This document shows positions 10,181-18,644 of a stretch of DNA of 64,000 bases, piece by piece. The notes below the pieces were generated by a model. The model made no database searches, was not told the origin of the DNA, and was given only the letters and a program-made list of their open reading frames with translations. Source of the DNA: Dehalococcoidia bacterium (GTDB lineage: Bacteria; Chloroflexota; Dehalococcoidia; SZUA-161; JAUWZY01); assembly GCA_034414595.1 (NCBI GenBank), contig DAOULY010000004.1, positions 21,156-85,155 of the forward strand, given 5' to 3'. Within the stretch, counting starts at the first letter, position 1, and each line of letters begins with the position of its first letter. Position numbers and translations under genes: made by a program.

Positions 10181-13100
10181 ATGAATAAAGTCATAGTACA
10201 CTTATCAGATCTTCATTATCGCCGTGGATGGATTGAGGAGCAAGGTGTTGTATTAAATGGGTTTTTTAAAGATTTGGGCAACCAATTGGCTAAGATACAT
10301 AACGCCGACTATTATTTGGTTTTTTCGGGGGATATTGTCCAATCTGGCGACGATTCCAACAGCTATGACGAATTTATCAGTAATTTTGATAATAAATTAA
10401 CCGAACTTGGAATTCCGATTAGTAACAGAATCTGTGTTCCGGGAAATCACGATGTCTCAACAGAGATAGTAGAGTTAGACAAAGTTACTCATGAAGGCGT
10501 GATATCTCAGAGGTTGGATGAGACATGTTTTAACGATTATATTTCTAATCCATCAAATATACTGACGGGTAAATTCCAGAAGTATAGTAAATTCGAACAA
10601 GCATTTGCAGAGTATGGCTTATCTTGTCCTACTACAATAACGGGAACGGGATGGACAATCGATGATAGCATTGGTATCTATTGTTTAAACACTGCCTTGT
10701 GTAGTATCGGCGGTTCGGCAAAAGGCGGCGAAGTTCACCCTGATAGGGGACGTTTGGCAATAGATACGCGCAAATTACATGCTTGGAACCAAGAGTGTCA
10801 ACATACTGTGAAAATACTTGTAATGCATCATCCACTCGATTGGTTAATTCCTTGGGCAAAGCAAGAACTTGAGACCATATTACGCAAAGATTTCGCTTTA
10901 TGTCTTTCTGGCCACGCACACGGTCAACATGTATTTCATTCAATTAACAAATATGGCTCTCTTGTCCAATGTTCTGCACCACCATTGTTTACAAAGAAAG
11001 CTGGCGAATTAGGATACTCGTTTATTAATATTAGCCCAGCAATAGGAGTGGTTGATATCACGTATAGACAGTGGACTAAACATCAAAGTTTTGTTGTAGG
11101 AGGGAGTTTCTCTGATTCCGACGATGGAAGAGTAATTATAGAAAAACGCGAAGAATCGCCCATTGATCGACTCCTTACAAAAAGATTGGAAGACGCGTTG
11201 GTGTCTTTTGCTTATCAACCCAAAATATGGATTGAACCGGTTCTAGCTAAGCGTCCAGAATATGCTCACACTGAAGGTAATAGAGATGATCCCAAGATTG
11301 AGGTATCTGATTTGGTTTCAAAGCCAAGATCAACGATAGTAAAAGCACCTCCTCAATTTGGATTAACTTGTTTAGCTCATTACCTTATCAAAAAAGCATG
11401 GCAAGACCAAGAATCAAAATGGCTATATCTTGATTCAAAGTATATGAAGTCTAATTACCCTGATGTTAGAAAATATATAGAGAGCGAACTCAGAAGCTTT
11501 GATTGTGAAATGCAAGATATTAAATGTTTAGTTCTTGATTCGTGGACTGATCGTATAAAAACATCCTTAACACTCCTGCAAAACGTTATTAAGCTATCTG
11601 GAGATGTTCCAGTCATCATTATGCAGGCTACTGATGACATTACCTTTGCTGACGAATCAAGTCAAACGCTTCATGGTAGAGAGTTCGACATTCTTTATTT
11701 ATGGGCACTAACTCGCGGGAATGTACGTAAGGTTGTCACTGATTATAATGAGAAAAAGCACATAGGGGATGATGATGCGGTCGTATCAAGGGTTGTATCA
11801 GACCTGGAAATGCTTAACCTTCATCGAACCCCGTTGAATTGCCTGACTTTGCTAAAGGTGTCTGAAATTGATTTTGACGAAAGCCCTGTAAATCGTACCG
11901 AAATGATAAAAAGAGTCCTATTTCTTATTTTTAATACCGAAATTCCTACGTATAAAAGCCGCCCAGACTTGAAGGATTGTGAGTATGTATTGGGGTATTT
12001 TTGTGAGATCATGCTCAGGCAGAGCCAATATTTTTTTACAAGGGATGACTTTTTAAATACTTTGGGGCAATTCTGTAAGGATAGGGTTATTGACCTTGAT
12101 GTCGACGTTCTATTCGATATGTTATATGATCATAACATTTTAGTTGATCACGGAAGTATCTTTAATTTTCGGTTTGCTTACTGGATTTATTACTTCGCAG
12201 CACACAGAATGTATCATGACAAGGATTTTGCTGATTTCATTTTCAAGGATATGCGATATGCAAACTATCCAGAAATGATTGAGTTTTATACAGGGATCGA
12301 TCGTCGCCGTGAAGACGCCTTAACTGTTTTAATAAAAGATATTCAAATAAATCGCAAAAAAGTGCAGAAAAAGAGTGGCCTTCCCAATGAATTAAATCCG
12401 TATCGACTTGCACGATGGAAGCCATCTGTCAAAACACTTGAACGGATGCATAGTGAAATCAGCAATGGCGTGAAGGATTCAAATTTACCTAGCTCAGTCA
12501 AAGATCAATATGCAGATCGTCAGTATGAACCAGCACGACCTTATTATCAGGGTGTTAGAGATATTTTTTACGAGTACTCTTTACTGATACTGATGCAAAC
12601 AGTGAGAGCGGCATCAAGGGCACTTCGAAATAGCGATTATGTGTCTCCGAATATTAAGCGTCAGTTACTTGATGAAATCGGAGGTGCGTGGAAACAAATA
12701 TTGCAGGTACTAGTGGCTTTGACACCATTACTTGCCACGAAAAAAAAAGCTACATTCGATGGGGCAAACTTCCTCTTGTTAGGAAATTTCGGTGACACGC
12801 CTGAAGAGAGATTCAACATGATATTGAGTGAGCTTCCTAATAATGTCGTTACATGGTTTAAAGACGATCTGCTTTCACATAAAATGGGGCCTTTGCTGAT
12901 CGAGCGATCGAATGAAGAGAGCGATGATCTTAAAAAGCATAATTTTGTATTGTTATTGATTAAGCAAAGGCCTCGCAATTGGGTAATGCAGGTTCGAGAA
13001 TATATCAAGTCCATTTCGAAGAATTCATTTTACCTTATGGACGTATATGTACAGCTCTATATTGAATATGAATATAGTTTTACATCTCCTGATACTTTAC

Positions 13101-13216
13101 GTGAAATAAAGTACCTTATTAAAACGGCTGCAGCTAAACAATTTTTTGGAGCTATTGGGGAAAAGTCCAGAGGCAAGGTTCCAGACGCAGCACTGCCAGA
13201 GAGGTTGGTTGAGTGA
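10181..13216 (+). CDS. calcineurin-like metallophosphoesterase fused to a STAND/AAA-like NTPase module with degenerate P-loop
   Basis: All five MPE motifs are present: LSDLHY, FSGDIV, PGNHD, VMHHPL, SGHAHG. The central IVKAPPQFGLTCL sits where a Walker A would be (Gly to Ala, Lys to Leu). A CLVLDSW Walker-B-like strand follows, then a long helical C-terminal region. The ATG at 10181 follows aaaggggggg. The longer ORF from 10133 starts inside repeat X. Confidence 0.8.
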   Translation: MNKVIVHLSDLHYRRGWIEEQGVVLNGFFKDLGNQLAKIHNADYYLVFSGDIVQSGDDSNSYDEFISNFDNKLTELGIPISNRICVPGNHDVSTEIVELDKVTHEGVISQRLDETCFNDYISNPSNILTGKFQKYSKFEQAFAEYGLSCPTTITGTGWTIDDSIGIYCLNTALCSIGGSAKGGEVHPDRGRLAIDTRKLHAWNQECQHTVKILVMHHPLDWLIPWAKQELETILRKDFALCLSGHAHGQHVFHSINKYGSLVQCSAPPLFTKKAGELGYSFINISPAIGVVDITYRQWTKHQSFVVGGSFSDSDDGRVIIEKREESPIDRLLTKRLEDALVSFAYQPKIWIEPVLAKRPEYAHTEGNRDDPKIEVSDLVSKPRSTIVKAPPQFGLTCLAHYLIKKAWQDQESKWLYLDSKYMKSNYPDVRKYIESELRSFDCEMQDIKCLVLDSWTDRIKTSLTLLQNVIKLSGDVPVIIMQATDDITFADESSQTLHGREFDILYLWALTRGNVRKVVTDYNEKKHIGDDDAVVSRVVSDLEMLNLHRTPLNCLTLLKVSEIDFDESPVNRTEMIKRVLFLIFNTEIPTYKSRPDLKDCEYVLGYFCEIMLRQSQYFFTRDDFLNTLGQFCKDRVIDLDVDVLFDMLYDHNILVDHGSIFNFRFAYWIYYFAAHRMYHDKDFADFIFKDMRYANYPEMIEFYTGIDRRREDALTVLIKDIQINRKKVQKKSGLPNELNPYRLARWKPSVKTLERMHSEISNGVKDSNLPSSVKDQYADRQYEPARPYYQGVRDIFYEYSLLILMQTVRAASRALRNSDYVSPNIKRQLLDEIGGAWKQILQVLVALTPLLATKKKATFDGANFLLLGNFGDTPEERFNMILSELPNNVVTWFKDDLLSHKMGPLLIERSNEESDDLKKHNFVLLLIKQRPRNWVMQVREYIKSISKNSFYLMDVYVQLYIEYEYSFTSPDTLREIKYLIKTAAAKQFFGAIGEKSRGKVPDAALPERLVE

Positions 13217-13221
13217 GACGA

Positions 13222-13317
13222 TTAGCCTCCCAGTCTATCCACCGGACTATATTTCTTGTGTGCCTCCACTGCATCATAGCATCTCACTGCCTGGCAATAC
13301 TGATTATTAGTCATCAT
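13222..13317 (-). pseudogene. tyrosine recombinase C-terminal remnant (32 codons incl. stop)
   Basis: Minus strand reads MMTNNQYCQAVRCYDAVEAHKKYSPVDRLGG*, matching MMTNRYCQAVGCYDAIESHKKYSPVDNLSFK* of the intact gene, including the catalytic-Tyr region. Confidence 0.8.
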
Positions 13318-13319
13318 GC

Positions 13320-13344
13320 CCTGCCCCCCCGAAAACGAGTCCAG
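13320..13344. repeat. junction repeat L, left part only
   Basis: cctgcccccccgaaaacgagtccag, joined directly to the integrase C-terminal remnant. Confidence 0.7.
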
Positions 13345-13420
13345 TTAAAATTTTAGACTATGGACTAAAGGAAATGGGGACGCAATGGGAGGAGTCAAGC
13401 AAAAACCTGTTATTACTAAA

Positions 13421-13462
13421 TGGCAGCGGAGGGATTCGACCCCCCGACCAAAGGCTTATGAG
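13421..13462 (-). other. tRNA(CAU) 3'-half-like copy (anticodon loop to acceptor end); candidate att site
   Basis: Minus strand ctcataagcctttggtcggggggtcgaatccctccgctgcca, versus ctcataagcctttggtcgcaggttcgaatcctgccgctgcca in the tRNA at 56007-56078. The sequence 5' of the anticodon loop does not fold as a tRNA. Confidence 0.65.
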
Positions 13463-13752
13463 ATTAGCCCTCGAAAGGCTGGCAACCGCTTGCCTCCTTT
13501 CGAGGTACATTATCACAGGATTTCCCGGATCAGTCAACATCTGATCCTAGATACTTCTTCGTGCATAAATATGAGACTACGATATCTAATACATAGAACT
13601 CCAGACACGATTTTCAAGGCGGTGTTTCCCTTCGCCTAGATTGGCCTCGGTTGACCTTACACAGTTAGCAGATCGTGTGATGTACTGTGGAGCAGATAAG
13701 AGATGACCAGCTCATCTCCCTTTATCCGCCTGCAGCTTTTCACTCCGGTCTA

Positions 13753-14252
13753 CACCATCTCCAGGTTCGAGGATATATTAGGGGATATAGGAAGGACAGC
13801 TATGTCCGTCAAAGGTCGGTGACTCCCAAACTGTGGAGGAGGAGGGAGTATATCTCCAATGCTTCTCCACGACACTCAGTTGAAGTATTCAGTGGTAGTT
13901 ACATTTCCACCGTCGTCCTCGTCATTTCCCTTTGCTACTAATGCGAGCTTTTAGCTCGTCCTTACGGATATCATTTTCGGCATCACTGTCCGCCATTCGG
14001 GTCCTGCATCACCTCCGGGTTTGAGGATGTATCAGAGGATAAAAGGAGGATAGCTATGTCCGTCAAAGGTCGGCGATCCCTAAAGTCTGGTCAGGAAGAG
14101 GGTCAGGGTGAGGAGGGTCAGGAGGAGGGTCAGGGTGGAGGAGGAGCTTTCACCACCACCACCTCCCCCTCCACCTGTCACTTCGTTGTCAATGCGAGCT
14201 TGTGCTTCTCCCTGCGTATACGACCTTTCGCGTCGTTGTCCGCATCTCCGTG
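13753..14252. repeat. two tandem ~250-bp units with a G/A-rich low-complexity tract
   Basis: Unit 1 is about 13753-14006 and unit 2 about 14007-14252. Both contain ...gaggat.t.t.a.ggat...agctatgtccgtcaaaggtcgg... and ...aatgcgagctt... The units differ by indels that break every reading frame. Confidence 0.6.
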
Positions 14253-15020
14253 CGATAGCGCGTTCAAGATACGAACTGATCCCCTAGACTTGAGTGCTAT
14301 AGTGATACCTTGCGCAAGTCTCCGGATCCCCGATGCATGGCAACTCAGCTACGATGGAGCTAGTACCACAAGTATACCATCAAGCAGAGGTTGTAGCAGC
14401 AGCATGCTGGATAGATGTCGGATTCATGACGCATGGCCCTGGGAAAGCGTCCTATCGCTCTTCACGAGGTGAGCAATGACTTCATGAACGTAGGAGCAAC
14501 CTGGTTGCCTTCCGCAAGACCGTAACTTGCCTGGCTGATGCCGGTAGGTCGCTGTCGCCCCATTGAATAACGGTGTTCGGGCTCACTTTGGGAACGAATT
14601 CTACCATGGGGTAGGTTCGCTTTCTACATATCCCCACATTCAGGATGCCTTGGTGTTCTGTACATGCCCATATTCGTAATGCTACCCCAGTATTTCCAAT
14701 ATTACAGCCAATGCTACCCAAACCCAGATTGGGAGCGTGTCCTACGGTAGATGAGATTACCACTCCTATCTATGGTAATCTAGAAACAGGAACAAGCTAG
14801 TTCTACCCAGGAATCAGGTCGTTTCAGTGACCATGCTCTCACTCCAGCACAGGAATATGGTGCTGAACATTACCGGCTGTACTTTTCGATGTTTTGTATT
14901 CTAGCCAACATCAGGACCACGAAAGAAGTCATGGCTATGTGGTCTTTTGGCAGTCAACAGCAGTTTTTTCTCATGGCATTTTTAAGGCTTCTAAAAAGTG
15001 GTAAGGCTTTTTGGAATGGT

Positions 15021-16439
15021 TTAGGGGATGAGACCCTTCTTAGAAAGGAGCGGCTTGAGATCTACCATGTGGCCATCTAAAGCCGCATCCTTCTCGCTTA
15101 GACCCAGGGCTAGTGCCATGAGCTGAGTGAAGTAGAAGATCGGCATCCTATACTCGTGGCCTTCCCTCCAACTCAGTGCTGGTTGCCGCCAGTCGAGGTT
15201 AGCGTTGCACATCGGGCAGGCGATCACTATGGCATCCGCACCCACTGCTTGGGCGTTGTCCAATATCCGCTGAACGAGATTGAGGCACTTGTCGGTATCG
15301 ATAATGCTCAGACTGCCGCCACAGCAGTCGGTCTTGAAGGACCAATCAAGCGCATCAGCACCGCACGTCTCCATCAAGTGGTCCAAATTCATTGGGTATT
15401 CCGGGTGCTCAGCTCCGGTCACCTCCGGTGGCCGTGTGAGCAGGCAGCCGTAGTAGCACACTACCTTCAATCCAGAGAGGGGCTTCTTCACCTGCTTGGC
15501 TAACACCGACAGCCCCACGCGTTTGACGAAGGTATCGATCGCATTCTCAATCTCCACCCCACCCTCATACTCATAGCCTAACTGCTTAGTGACATTATCT
15601 TTCACCGAGGGGTCAGCATTGATGTTGTAGGCAGCGTGCTTGAGCCTTGAGAAGCACATGGCGCAAGGAACAGTCACTGCTTTGTGGCCCTTGCTTTCGA
15701 TCAGGGCCAAGTTCTTCAGAGACAGGGCAGTAGCCAGTTCCTGAGAGTTCCAGTGGGCTGGGGTGCTCCCACAGCAGAGCCAGCCTTTGGGTTCCTCAAG
15801 CTCCAACCCCAGGGTATTGGCCACGGCACGGAAGGATCTATCGTACTCGGAAGCACTGGCGTGAAGAGAGCAGCCGGGATAATAGGCAACAGCATTGGCA
15901 AGAGGCTGTGAGCCCTCTTTGCGGCGAAGTTTTCGGGGGTAGCCAGCTCTTTTAGGGGTGAGTTTGAGACGCCCGGCGCTGAACATCTTCATGCCGAGGA
16001 AGGCATCTTTAAAGGGCTTCCTCCTTCTCAGATTCATCTCCAGCATAAGACCCAGCTCGTACATTCTCCCCCACCAATTGATGGAGCGCAGGCCGGCATT
16101 GATAAAAGCTGTTGAGGAGGGCATTATGGGATCGATCTTCTGCTCTTGGGCTATGATCTTCAGGGTATCAATGACCTGAGCGATATCAATGCCATTGGGA
16201 CAGCGAGTAGTGCAGGTTTGACAACTAGCGCAGAGCCAGATGGCCTCGGAACGCAGCACCTCCTCCAAACGCCCCAGTTGCAGCAGCCGCATCATCTGGT
16301 TCGGCTTCAGATCCATCTCCGAGGAAAGGGGACAACCCATGGTGCAGTTTTTGCACTGATAGCAAAGTAGAATGTTTGCGGCACATCTTTCCCTCATCAA
16401 GTCCGCTGCGCTCTTGGCTCCTGATGCTGCTGTAGTCAT
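15021..16439 (-). CDS. hdrCB: heterodisulfide reductase HdrC-HdrB fusion protein
   Basis: N-terminal 2x[4Fe-4S] motifs (CYQCKNCTMGCP, CASCQTCTTRCP) followed by two CCG domains (YYPGCSL...WLCCGS; CYYGCLL...DCCGGS). Start set at the ATG at 16439, 6 nt after GGAGG. The track ORF extends to 16505, into metF. Confidence 0.9.
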   Translation of the reverse strand: MTTAASGAKSAADLMRERCAANILLCYQCKNCTMGCPLSSEMDLKPNQMMRLLQLGRLEEVLRSEAIWLCASCQTCTTRCPNGIDIAQVIDTLKIIAQEQKIDPIMPSSTAFINAGLRSINWWGRMYELGLMLEMNLRRRKPFKDAFLGMKMFSAGRLKLTPKRAGYPRKLRRKEGSQPLANAVAYYPGCSLHASASEYDRSFRAVANTLGLELEEPKGWLCCGSTPAHWNSQELATALSLKNLALIESKGHKAVTVPCAMCFSRLKHAAYNINADPSVKDNVTKQLGYEYEGGVEIENAIDTFVKRVGLSVLAKQVKKPLSGLKVVCYYGCLLTRPPEVTGAEHPEYPMNLDHLMETCGADALDWSFKTDCCGGSLSIIDTDKCLNLVQRILDNAQAVGADAIVIACPMCNANLDWRQPALSWREGHEYRMPIFYFTQLMALALGLSEKDAALDGHMVDLKPLLSKKGLIP

Positions 16440-16452
16440 CGCTATCCTCCAT

Positions 16453-17376
16453 TTACAAAACGGGGCGAGGTAATAGCCCAGCCTTTTCGACAATGGTGGG
16501 AACAATAGATTCCCAGCCCACTGCCATTATATGGATGCCGTGTATACCTTCTATTTCCTTGAGTTGCTCAATTATCTCTAGGCAGATCTTAACCCCTTCC
16601 TCCTTGGCATCCTTGGCGTCCTCCAACCTGGTGATAATTTCATCTGGGACCGTAACGCCGGATACGTAGTCCCGCATATAGCGAGCGGAGCCGGCTGATC
16701 TGGGAGGGATGATCCCCGCCAGAATATGAGCCCGCTCGTGGAGGCCGCGATCCCTCACCATCTCCATCCAGCGGGCAAAACGGCCAACATCGAATACTGC
16801 CTGGGTCTGGATGAAATCGGCACCGGACTGTACCTTCTGGGCCAAACGGATGACCCGGTACTCAAAGGGGTCAGCAAAGGGATTGGCAGCAGCCCCGATG
16901 AAAAGAGGAACATCACCACTGACCTCTTCACCACAGAGGAACTTTTTCTCGTCGCGTAGCATCTTTAGGGTCTGAATAAGTTGCATAGAGTCGATATCAA
17001 AGACATTCCTGGCCCCAGGGTGGTTTCCGAAATTCTGGTGGTCTCCGGAAAGACAAAGGATATTGCCGATACCCAAGGCTATTGCTCCGAGCACATCGCT
17101 CTGGAGGGCAATACGGTTGCGATCCCGGCAGACCATCTGCATTACCGGGTCGACGCCAAGCTGCTTAAGGATAGCGCAGCCCGCTAGGCTAGACATGCGA
17201 ACGATAGCAGTTTGGTTATCGGTTACATTGAGCGCCTCGCAGCACGCTTTGAGCGCCTCACCCTTTCGAGCTACTACCTGTGGCGAACTGCCCTTCGGCG
17301 GGCCGATCTCCGCCGTTACCGCGAATTGCCCGCTTTCGAGCACCTTCTCTAGATTAGTACCAGCTTTCATAGGCAA
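16453..17376 (-). CDS. metF: 5,10-methylenetetrahydrofolate reductase (acetogen type)
   Basis: 307 aa. FAVTAEIGPPKG, ALNVTDN, CLSGD, TQAVFD motifs of the MetF TIM-barrel. Sits between metV and hdrCB, as in MetFV-Hdr clusters. Confidence 0.9.
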   Translation of the reverse strand: MPMKAGTNLEKVLESGQFAVTAEIGPPKGSSPQVVARKGEALKACCEALNVTDNQTAIVRMSSLAGCAILKQLGVDPVMQMVCRDRNRIALQSDVLGAIALGIGNILCLSGDHQNFGNHPGARNVFDIDSMQLIQTLKMLRDEKKFLCGEEVSGDVPLFIGAAANPFADPFEYRVIRLAQKVQSGADFIQTQAVFDVGRFARWMEMVRDRGLHERAHILAGIIPPRSAGSARYMRDYVSGVTVPDEIITRLEDAKDAKEEGVKICLEIIEQLKEIEGIHGIHIMAVGWESIVPTIVEKAGLLPRPVL

Positions 17377-17409
17377 CCTCTCATTTAAGAATGGAGTTTT
17401 ATAGGGTAG

Positions 17410-18102
17410 CTAATCGCTCACTTCTGCTCTTCCACTTATGTTGAGGTCCTCCCTGACAACCTTTCGAGGTCCTTTGGCATAGCTGGAACTCCAATCCCTG
17501 GGAGGCTTGAGTTCCTCCATGCTAGCCAGCAGCCCCAGTTCTTTGAGGCGGTCGTAGATAAGCTGCCAGGCACAGGGGGTATCGGCTGATACCTCACATT
17601 TGCTATCCACTGACCCCCCGCATGGGCCATGCATTAGGCTCTTGGCGCAACGAGCGACGGGGCAGACACCCGCTGTGCTTTCCAGCTGGCAGTTGCCGCA
17701 GCCAAGGCAGCGCTCGGCCCAGACTCCCTGCTCCAGAGGCAGCCCGTAGAACAAGGTGTTGACTCCAGGGAGGACTCGCACCTTGGAAAAGCGTTCAGCT
17801 ATGGCTTGAACGCCTACGCCACAACCCAGAGACAGCACCGCGTCACATCCCTTGATCTCATCGGCGACGGCGTCCAAGTATTCCCACTCGCACTGGCGGA
17901 TGATAGTTCTTTCTCGCACGTCTTTCTCGTGCCCATCCACCCCATCAGCCAGGCGAAGTGTCGATGCCAAAATACCCACTTCCTTTTCTCCGCCAGCGGC
18001 ACAGACAGTGACGCACGTGCCACAGCCTAAAACAAGCACCTGATGGTATTCTCTGAGCATCTGCCTTATTTCTTCCAGAGGTTTCTGTTCCGCTATAATC
18101 AT
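17410..18102 (-). CDS. metV: methylene-THF reductase-associated Fe-S/zinc subunit MetV
   Basis: 230 aa. LVLGCGTCVTVCAAGGEKE at the N-terminus and a Cys-rich C-terminal half (CLGCGNCQL, CPVARC, GPCGG), typical of MetV. Confidence 0.85.
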   Translation of the reverse strand: MIIAEQKPLEEIRQMLREYHQVLVLGCGTCVTVCAAGGEKEVGILASTLRLADGVDGHEKDVRERTIIRQCEWEYLDAVADEIKGCDAVLSLGCGVGVQAIAERFSKVRVLPGVNTLFYGLPLEQGVWAERCLGCGNCQLESTAGVCPVARCAKSLMHGPCGGSVDSKCEVSADTPCAWQLIYDRLKELGLLASMEELKPPRDWSSSYAKGPRKVVREDLNISGRAEVSD

Positions 18103-18106
18103 ATTA

Positions 18107-18541
18107 CTAGCGCTCCTTGGCTTTGTGTTTCACTGGGCTGGGGCCCAACCCTTTGATGCGCTCACTCATCTCGGTAGCTATTTCGGCAAAGCGGGGGCCT
18201 TGTGCCGACGAGAGGTTGAACATGTCCAGCCGACCTGCACCTAGGCCAACCTTCTCCAGTATTTGCTTGGCCCGGCTCACTCTTCGCTTGGCATCATAGT
18301 TACCTGCCATGAAGTGGCAGCTTCCTTCCTCACAGCCAGCAACAAACACCCCGTCTGCGCCTTCCTCGAAGGCCTTGAGTATGAGTATTATATCTGCCCG
18401 CCCACTGCACGGTAGCTTCACGATCTTGACATTGGGCGGATATTGCAGTCGCATGGAACCCGCGAGGTCAGCAGCAGCGTAGGCGCAGTAGGTACAGCAA
18501 AAAGCCACTATCTCCGGTTCAAAGCCGTTTTCAGATGCCAT
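18107..18541 (-). CDS. mvhD: MvhD-like hydrogenase iron-sulfur subunit D
   Basis: 144 aa. EPEIVAFCCTYCAYAAADLAG...KLPCSGR...VAGCEEGSCH is the MvhD/FlpD signature. Confidence 0.9.
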   Translation of the reverse strand: MASENGFEPEIVAFCCTYCAYAAADLAGSMRLQYPPNVKIVKLPCSGRADIILILKAFEEGADGVFVAGCEEGSCHFMAGNYDAKRRVSRAKQILEKVGLGAGRLDMFNLSSAQGPRFAEIATEMSERIKGLGPSPVKHKAKER

Positions 18542-18644
18542 GACATTCTCCTGACTTTATACCCTTTATCAGTGCTTCTCGTTCCTAACCATCGCGATGG
18601 GAAGTTGGGAGCACCGTACTTGCCTAAAGCGTGGCTAGGGCCAG

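Noticed and set aside
13358-13639. ORFs 13385-13639 (+) and 13358-13540 (-) over the tRNA-like fragment.
   Set aside because: They cover the tRNA 3'-half copy and junction sequence. Their composition is not protein-like, and the region is better explained as att/scar DNA.
14090-14150. Short-period repeats (GGTCAGGNNGAGG x4) that could be mistaken for a mini CRISPR-like or tandem array.
   Set aside because: The period is only about 12-15 nt with no spacers, and there is no repeat-spacer architecture or cas genes. It is simple low-complexity sequence.
14056-14472. 138-aa ORF with a strong RBS (MSVKGRRSLKSGQEEGQGEEGQEEGQGGGG...).
   Set aside because: After the first six codons it runs through a low-complexity tract and then an implausible Ser/Cys/Arg-rich sequence. 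The upstream repeat unit has the same start but a stop at codon 7. It is kept as a repeat and finding, not as a CDS.
14482-14763. 93-aa minus-strand ORF downstream of hdrCB.
   Set aside because: No RBS and no recognisable domain. It ends in the repeat/scar region. The support is too weak to report as a gene.
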